Shown: positions 56,113 to 64,000 of the stretch, in pieces
Layout: each line of letters begins with the position of its first letter
Position numbering within the stretch: the first letter of the stretch is position 1
Assembly (NCBI GenBank): GCA_000320545.1
Contig: ADNK01002607.1
Location: 62,001-126,000 of the forward strand
Source of the DNA: Bigelowiella natans CCMP2755
Lineage: Eukaryota; Protista; Cercozoa
DNA: 64,000 bases
Direction of reading: 5' to 3'
The notes under the pieces: generated by a model
The model's database searches: none
What the model was told of the DNA's origin: nothing
Seen by the model: the letters and a program-made list of their open reading frames with translations, nothing else
Translations under genes and position numbers: made by a program

Positions 56113-57914
56113 ATGATAATGATGATGATAATGATGATAATGATGATGATGACGATGATGACGATGGCCAACACGGAGCAACTAGTTAGTCTGATATACA
56201 TCAGCCGTCATCATCATGATACAACTAATGATACAACTATTAATGTTTCTACTACTGCTACTGCTACTATTACTACTACTGACTTGGTACCACTACTGCC
56301 TATTGCGTACTTTCTTAATTTCCTACCTGTGCGAGTTTAGAAGACATCCCATGGGGCATTGCTGGCACTCCTCCAGGAGGGCACACCACAGCGTCAAGTT
56401 TAAGCTCCTCCCACTTGTTATCATTGTTATTATTTTTCATGATATGAGGAGAAAGACAAGGAGGATCAAGAAGTCAATGCAGTAACTGTACAATTTTGTT
56501 TTGAAATTAGTGAGTTGACAACGCCATTCTACATCACCAACATATGTGTCAATCACTAAAATCTTCTTCCCCCTCTCCTCTCCTCCCCTCCCCCCCCCCC
56601 CCCAACATTGAAAATTGATGACCTTTTTGATTAATGCCTTTTTTTGTAGCTTCATTGTGGCATTTTGTGACCAATAATCATACCTATAAAGAACCTCTCA
56701 AAGTCAGAAATAAAGTTACATCGGAAACTACACGTTATGTTTATGACGGCTGCTATCATTATAATTATTATTATTATTCATTGTCACATACGTGCTTCTC
56801 GGTCGTGCTTCTCGGACTAGCCCGCCAATACGATTCTAAGTATACACACACACACACACACACAGGAGAGAGGGGGAGAGAAATACAGAGAAAATAGAGA
56901 GGTTATCAATGCCCAAATATTTTAGTACATACGTGCGTGTGATGTGTTTGAAGAAGTTACATGGCAAAATATAAATTACCCACATAATATTTATCTCTTC
57001 TTACACGCTAACCTGGCCAGTAAAATCCATAATTTTTGCGAGAAAAGGCCTCAGAAAGGTAGGTATGTTCGCCGTCTAAGATGAATCAGATAGTACATAT
57101 TTTGTTGGTACGTGAACCAATACACTCTAATAAAACAAACACACCTTGTAGAGAAAAAGATAAATTGGGTTTAACTCCTCCCCCTCCAGAGAATCAATGA
57201 ATCCCTGACAAGGTAAATGATTGTATACAATAAACATAAGAAGAAGAAGAAGGAGGAGGAGGAAGAAGAAGCAGTAGAACGGGCTTCAATGGTACTTTAA
57301 TATAATCAATAAATTCCTGAAAGTAATTGATTGATGTACGTAATAACATGAAGAAGAAGAAGAAGAAGGAGAAGAGCAACAAGAAGTAGAAGGTTGGGAT
57401 TTATTGGGACTTTGTTCGAAATGGTTTTGCTCTGCATCAGCATACTATTTGGATGGAATCTGTGATATTTACAAGTGATGCTTGTGACGTACACAGGCTA
57501 TTATTGTTGTTATTACTACCTGTAGCCCTCCCTCCGCACTCATCAGCTTCACAAAAGACCAACAGAGCTAAACAATCGCCGTCGTTGCAAAAGAAGAAAT
57601 TAATGCAGATGATTGACAACCAGAAAGAATACGCATGGGGCAAAAATATGTTCGAATATCTAGTCACCAGCTTACTAGAATGTTATTACAATCAAGAAGC
57701 TATATTTGTCATCATCATCATCATCATCATTGTTAGGTAGGTAGGTAGGTAGGTAGGTAGGAGGAATTTAGTTGCAGTAACCTGTTCGAAATTAAATTTC
57801 AACTCCACCACCTCGTGTCCTGCCTGGATATTCAAATCGAAGTAGCATCATAAGCTTGGAATAGTAGTAGTAGTAGTAGTAGTAGTAGTTTCATACTGGG
57901 CATTCTCATCACTC

Positions 57915-57945
<31 letters not shown>

Positions 57946-60619
57946 TATCATCTACTTCCTTCAGTGCTTCGACAGTCTCGATAACAGCCCTTTTTGCAGC
58001 TGCACAGCTGTCGAAGTACCCGTCGTCAGTAAAATATCCGAACTGATAAGAGAATGATACGATGATGAAGATGGTGATGCTAAGGGGAAAACAGCAGCAA
58101 AAGTAGGCTGCAGTTATAGGTGGTTGGGGAGCAGGAGAGGTGCACGAAGAATGAAATGGAAATCACAACACCAGGTGATGATATTTATGCTCTGGTGGTG
58201 GTGAGAGTCACAAGTAGTCGATTGCCATTATGTCAGTAGTAGCAACCGGTTACACAAAGAAGGGCAGGCAAGTTAGAATTCGTCTATTACCTTAAGTTTC
58301 TTCTTCGAAGAAGAGGTATAAATATCGCTCTTCCAGGAAAGGGGGGGAACCACTGAGTCGTCGTTGTGCATTTTCCCATCCTCATGCCATACGCGCATAA
58401 CCTACGTCATTTATTCATTTGTGCAACGAATGGCTCAGTGGTGATAGATGGGACTACATCATCAACAGCACAAAGAAACAGTAGATTCACAGTATCATCT
58501 TCCCACCGTCTCTACCATTACCAATTCTAGATCATCGACGCATCGTGCCATAGGACCAGGGGTAGCCAACACCTAAATAATAGCAATGTCTCAATTAAAC
58601 ATAAACTTCAAGCAGCGCTACACTCACCGTCCGATTTTAAGCCTTCTTATTGCTATATATCACCAAATATTGATCTTTATGTGTGTAAAGGGTTGTTTCT
58701 ATTTTTTGTCTGCTGTCGATGAAGTTGTTGACGACGGTTGTGTGTGTGGCCTAACCACTGCTTGGCCATTTGAATCATTAGGCCGCGGAACCGCAATCCC
58801 TTTCGTTTGAAGAATGAAACATGAATATAATGAGGAAAGATGAGACAATAACAGCATTAAGATCTAATAAGGGACCTCACCCTCACTACTGACGCGTAAC
58901 AAGTATACGAACAACCCTGGCGGGTGGGCTGCAGTAAATCGGCATTTTCAATATGATTACCTTTGCATGACACTCTTCCTGGGGTAGGCTTAAAACCACA
59001 GATACCGCAAAAGCTACCGTTATTATCGTCATATATGGGGAGGAGGAGGAGGAGGATGAGAAGGAGGAGGGTGTGGAGGATGAGTACGAGGAGGAGGAGT
59101 ACGAGGAGGACGAACAAGTTGGAAATGCTTGGCTATTTTTAAAACAATAGCAGACTAATTAGCGGGTAGACCTCTGTCAAAATGCATTATTCTAGACCCA
59201 TTGTAACATCACATCATTCCTATCCTTCTCATGATTAAAAATATTGTGCTCAATGTACTCACAGCGAAGGGCCTCGAATTGAACCAGCAATGTCTGTCCC
59301 TAACCCCAACGGTGACCCTCGAGCAGCAAGCAATGATGCTTCCCCCCCAGAGGAGCCTACACCAGGGAGGTGGATACGAAGGAAGGAGAAAGAAATGGTA
59401 GGAAGGGATTGAGAGAGTTATAGGTAGTAACAGGGGTGGTGGGATGTACAGCTATTAGGATACCTCCGCTGGTTCTCTTAGCATTGAAAGGGTTCTTGCA
59501 GCATCCCCAAATGGCGTTCACACTTTCAGGGAGGAAAAGTGCCTTTTGGGAATGATTCATTCATCATCCACCATCAATTTCGCATTCATCTCCACCATCT
59601 TGCACGGAAAAGATAGCTTCGTAAAATGAATACCTGGGGAATATTGGTACGCACGAAGGGAATGGCTCCGGCAGCTCGTAGAATCTGTACGATGACCGCA
59701 TCCTGAATATTTTTAGTATTTATATTACGCATTCACGTAAGAACTATGATGGTCGCTGGCTAGCTGGCTATTGTTGTAACCTCAATTGCTGGGCGATAGC
59801 ATCGCGCACTGAGACCACACGTGGAATCAAATCCAGCCATATCGATCTTTAATGGTTCCGTCGACCCAATAAATGCAAATCAACAACCAGTAGAAGGAAG
59901 GTGGTGGGTGCTACTACTACCTGGTCTTTAATTGAAATAGGTAACCCGTGAAGAGGTCTGCAAGTAGAATATTGAACACAGCTCACTAGATAATCTTTTT
60001 AAAGAAATGAACGTGGCTCAGATTCAGCTTACCCTCGAATCTTCCCTTCTTTCCTCTCTTTATCCCTCTCTCTCGCTAATGCTATGGCTTCCTCGAAGTT
60101 AATTTCTGCCAAGCACGATAAATCCTTCTGAACACGCGCCGCGGTGCGACAGAAAGCCATGGTTACTTCAAGCGAGGTCACCTCGCCTAATGTCCAACAT
60201 CAACGATAAAAGGAAGCAACGTCGGTCAGAAATACTGCACGGTCATCAACGATTAAGACACATGTCAACGCAACCTTTTTCAAGCTTTCGGAGAAGTTCC
60301 GATGCCGAGAGATGCGTGATTTTACTGTCGTTCTTAAGATCGCCAGCAAGCAAAGTCTCCTCCATCTTCGTCAATAACTCATCGCGTTCATTACGTTTCT
60401 TCGTCGCCTTAGTAGAACAATAATGTAAGATATTGTCTCGAGAAAAACTGGACTACATAGCGTACGCACCAAAGCTCTAAGCTCCTTGCGGCGATTCTGA
60501 AGCTTGAGATACCGATAGACGCGCTTGAACAAGACGAGAGAGATGACAGTAACGGTAAACGCAGAAAGGGATTGATTTTGTTTCGCATGCTTAAGAAACC
60601 CACTCAGGATGCCCTCCAT
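55531..60619 (-). CDS. Amidase-signature family enzyme, fatty-acid amide hydrolase-like (multi-exon)
   Basis: N-terminal TM segment, PLHGLPISIKD, GAIPFVRTNIP, WGCCKNPFNAKRTSG|GSSGGEASLLAARGSPLGLGTDIAGSIRGPS, FCGICGFKPTPGRVS, PGPMAR, GMPMGVQ|VVTLPWKDELCLRAMKIVE. Confidence 0.9.
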
Positions 60620-61259
60620 GACCTCGAATCTCACTGCAGTCGTCGGTTAGTCAGGTAGGTTGCCGAACGGGGTCGATGGGAAGGAGGGTGAGTCGCTTCC
60701 AAATGCGGAAGTTGATAGGAATAGGAATAGGAAGTTTGCCCAATGAAATCAACAATATCATCAAGTAATGTTATATACCCAATATTTTTACAAAGCGACA
60801 TGGAATTAATGAAGTCGTAACTTCTAAATTATATCACCCGAAGGCGCCACCCCCGAATGCCGTGGGAAAAATAAGACTTTTAGTATCGACCCTGGTCCTC
60901 TGGTCAGACTTATTTGCCTATGAAATATGTATACGGCATGCCACTTCATTCAACATATGCAAGATGCGGAGTATTAGTTGTGGTAGAAGAAGAGATTATA
61001 AGCCTTAGGTTCTCACCCTAATTTTTTTAAATAGTGCACTAAACGCAGGGTTTTTTTTGAAGGAATATCCTCCTCAGCCAAATTTCCAGCATAAAACCCC
61101 TTTCAGATAAGCAGATAGAGAATTTTAGAAATATTCCTCATTTTATTCGTATATTGATAGGATACGACAACAATATTTTGAAGTCGTATCACATATGATG
61201 GATCATTTTACTGGAGTCGTATATCATCGACACTCCTGAATATTGTATCTATCGCAACG

Positions 61260-63805
61260 ATGCCTGCTTTGCAAGGGTAAGCCGCGGTGATGGTGGTGAT
61301 TTGCACCACACAGCTTTGGTGGTTGAGAACGGATGACATGCTAGTTTGGAAGAAAAATACTGATTTTATGTGCAAAGGTTTGATTGAGAGCTTAAATTGT
61401 AAATTGTAACAGAACAATTGATCACGAGTGTTTATTTAGCCTGTGCATTGATCCAACTCCGGCATACATATGCAATTTCCATTGAGAACCATATCTTTTC
61501 TTTTGAACAGGATCCTCCCCACACCAAAGTATGGTGGAGCGGATCGCTTTGATCCCAATGATTTCAACTTCGACCAGAACAACAAGCAAAGGAAATTTAA
61601 ACAGCCACCTCCATATGGGCATCGAAAAGGGTATTCGAATTAGCACATGATACAATTTCTAATACTTTTACATTTGGTGTTCAAACCATTCACCCTTCTT
61701 CTCTCCTTACCGCTATAGTTACAAACCTCGTGTGCCTGAAGACCATGGCGACGGTGGGGCTTTTCCTGAAATCCACGTCCTACAATATCCATTGAACATG
61801 GGGAGGAAGGACCGCCAAGCAGATAGTGTCACCCCCTTAAGGGTTGATAAAGATGGAAATGTCAAGTACGATATGATTGTACACCAAGGGGTGCGCAAAG
61901 GGAAGAAAGTTTTCTCACAACTGTCCGACCTAATTGAAAAGGATGATGACTCTGATGATGACTTGGCAAAACCAAGCGAAGAAGAGGTTCAAAAACTAGC
62001 AGAGAAGACGCAGGAAGCGATGGGTAAACGCGTAACTAAAAAGATGATGTCTGCCCGCCCAACGCACATTGGCGAACAGGAAAAGAACGAACCCGTGTTC
62101 ATTCGCTACACTCCTAGCCAAGCTCAAGCAGACGCACAGCACAATTCGGGAGCTCGTCAACGTATCATCAAGCTGCAAGAAATGCCAAAGGACCCCCTCG
62201 AGCCCCCAAAATTTCGTCACAAGAAACTCCCTGCACGTCCTCCTTCTCCTCCTGTACCGGTGATGCACTCCCCACCACGGAAGATTACACAGGAGGATCA
62301 AGCCAACTGGAAAATCCCCCCATGCATCTCCAATTGGAAAAACATTAAAGGTTACACAATCCCTCTTGATAAGCGTCTCGCAGCGGATGGACGTGGGCTG
62401 AATGAGGTTCAGATTAACGATAAGTTTGCAACACTCTCCGAAGCTCTGTACATCGCAGAGCGAAACGCCCGACAAGAGATTCACGTAAGGGCAACAATGA
62501 TGAAGACTATGGCGCAACAGAAGAAGGCCCAGAAAGAGGAAGAATATCGTAAGCTCGCTATGAAAGCACGTGAGCAGACTCTTTCCCGTGCTGAACCTGA
62601 AGAAGAGGATGAAATTGAAGCCAGAGAGGCACGCGACAAGCTCAGGAGAGAACGTCGTAGGGAGATTAAGAGAGATTTGCGTATAGAGAACGCTCGTATG
62701 GGTAAAGATACAAAGGCAAAGAAGTCAGGAACGCGCTCTGGATTTGGAAGAGATGGCGACCGTGATATCAGCGAGAAAATTGCTCTCGGCCAGAATGTTG
62801 GGCAATCTCGAGATTCAATGTTTGATCAGCGGTTGTTCAATCAAGATGCAGGCATGTCGTCAGGATTTGGAGCTGAAGATGATTACAATGTAAGTCAGTT
62901 AAAGAAGAACACTTCTTCGACAGCATGTCATTGATTAGCAGCGATACCAGTTGGCTTGATCATCTGTTTGCGATTGAAAATTGTCCGAAAGCAGACTTCT
63001 AGTTGACTGATTGACCGACTAACCAATCCCTCCCTCCGCGCTTATTGCAGATTTACTCGAAGGCGCTAATGAAGGGATCGAGCGCGAATCAACTGTATAG
63101 GCCCCCAAAAGACCTACAAGAAGAAGTCAATGCAGATCGAAATATGAAGAGCATCCTTGAGTCTGGGACATCCAAGTTTAGACCTGTGAGTAAGCCATTA
63201 GAGAAGTCGTGCCTGCTTGCCGTAGCTTATTAGTCGCTCGGTTGTTGATTCTGAGCATACCTTACCTTACCTCTTTATATTACCAACAATCTCCACCACT
63301 CACCGCCTACCTCCTTCCTATAGGATCGCGGATTTAAAGGAGCAGAGGACCAAGTTGCTTCTAGTGCAAGGGCCAAGCCTGTAGAATTTGAAAAGCAACA
63401 GTCAGAGGATCCTTACGGGCTGGGGCAATTTATGAGCGAGGCAGGAAAAAAGAAGAAAGTGTGTACATCTAAACCTTAACCCTAAACCTTAACCGTTCAC
63501 TCACTGTCTATAATAACCAGATATACTCATCAATTTAAAATTTGTAGAACGCGTTGGATTCAATCGGGAAACAAGGCTTTATGAAAGCCAGCGGAGGTTC
63601 ATCCTCGAGGGACAAGGACGACTATGGGGGGGTTCACCCTGATCGTATGCGAAACATGAAATTTAAGGAAGGGTCATCCAGCTCAAGTTCAAGAAAGCGA
63701 GAAAGAGGTGATGATGACAGACGAGATAGAGACCGCGATCGTAGGCGTAGGCGTGATGATGACGATGACGATAGAGATCGAAGGGATCGTCGCCGAAGAC
63801 GATGA
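61260..63805 (+). CDS. SNW1: SNW domain-containing protein 1 / SKIP / Prp45 spliceosomal factor
   Basis: MPALQG|ILPTPK...PPPYGHRKG|YKPRVPEDHGDGGAFPEIH, DPLEPPKF, PPSPPVPVMHSPPRK, WKIPPCISNWKN, DISEKIALG, FDQRLFNQ, RD-rich C-terminus. Confidence 0.97.
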
Positions 63806-63809
63806 CAGA

Positions 63810-64000
63810 TGCGTTAATGTCTAGATGTTTTCAATGCGCTCAATTCACAGCACACGAGCTGCAAAGTTGCACGTTCAATGACCCAAGCAAATCGTGGAAA
63901 TTGTGTTCGTGAATGTTGCACATGTGCTGTGCGTGAAGCACAGTCTAGACACTACAGGATGCAAATCATGGCGTCGCTTGGCATGTTGGCATGCTGCTGT
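63810..64000. repeat. Start of another TpA-depleted intergenic tract downstream of SNW1
   Basis: Only 4 TA in ~190 bp, two of them in CTAG. TG/CA-rich. Confidence 0.5.

Noticed and set aside
63469-63494. Telomere-like CTAAACCTTAACCCTAAACCTTAACC in an SNW1 intron
   Set aside because: Only ~4 degenerate units; too short to call an interstitial telomere.

Overview
Intron-rich eukaryotic nuclear DNA with microsatellite-filled GT-AG introns and a bipartite plastid-targeting peptide. This fits a secondary-plastid alga such as a chlorarachniophyte (inference). About 12 genes can be supported: an ankyrin + triple CbbX/SpoVK-type AAA+ protein (truncated at the left edge), a class III ADH/GSNOR with a presequence, an N-acylated TPR protein, a plastid MsrA-like protein, ADAL/MAPDA, a very large CHAT-protease/STAND-NTPase/TPR (NLR-like) locus with duplicated modules, a selenoprotein W with in-frame UGA and a clear SECIS (absent from the ORF track), a secreted protein, a CSRNP-domain protein, FabF/OXSM, a FAAH-like amidase and SNW1/SKIP. 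The most striking signal is a 'reverse-RIP'-like footprint. A 5'-truncated LINE (45.9-47.5 kb) and repeat-derived intergenic DNA (9.6-11 kb, 47.5-48.3 kb, 63.8-64 kb) have lost almost every TpA, apparently by TA->TG/CA/CG, with CTAG spared. Conserved RT tyrosines read Cys/His, while neighbouring introns keep long (TA)n tracts. Exon structures were read by eye, and some boundaries are approximate.
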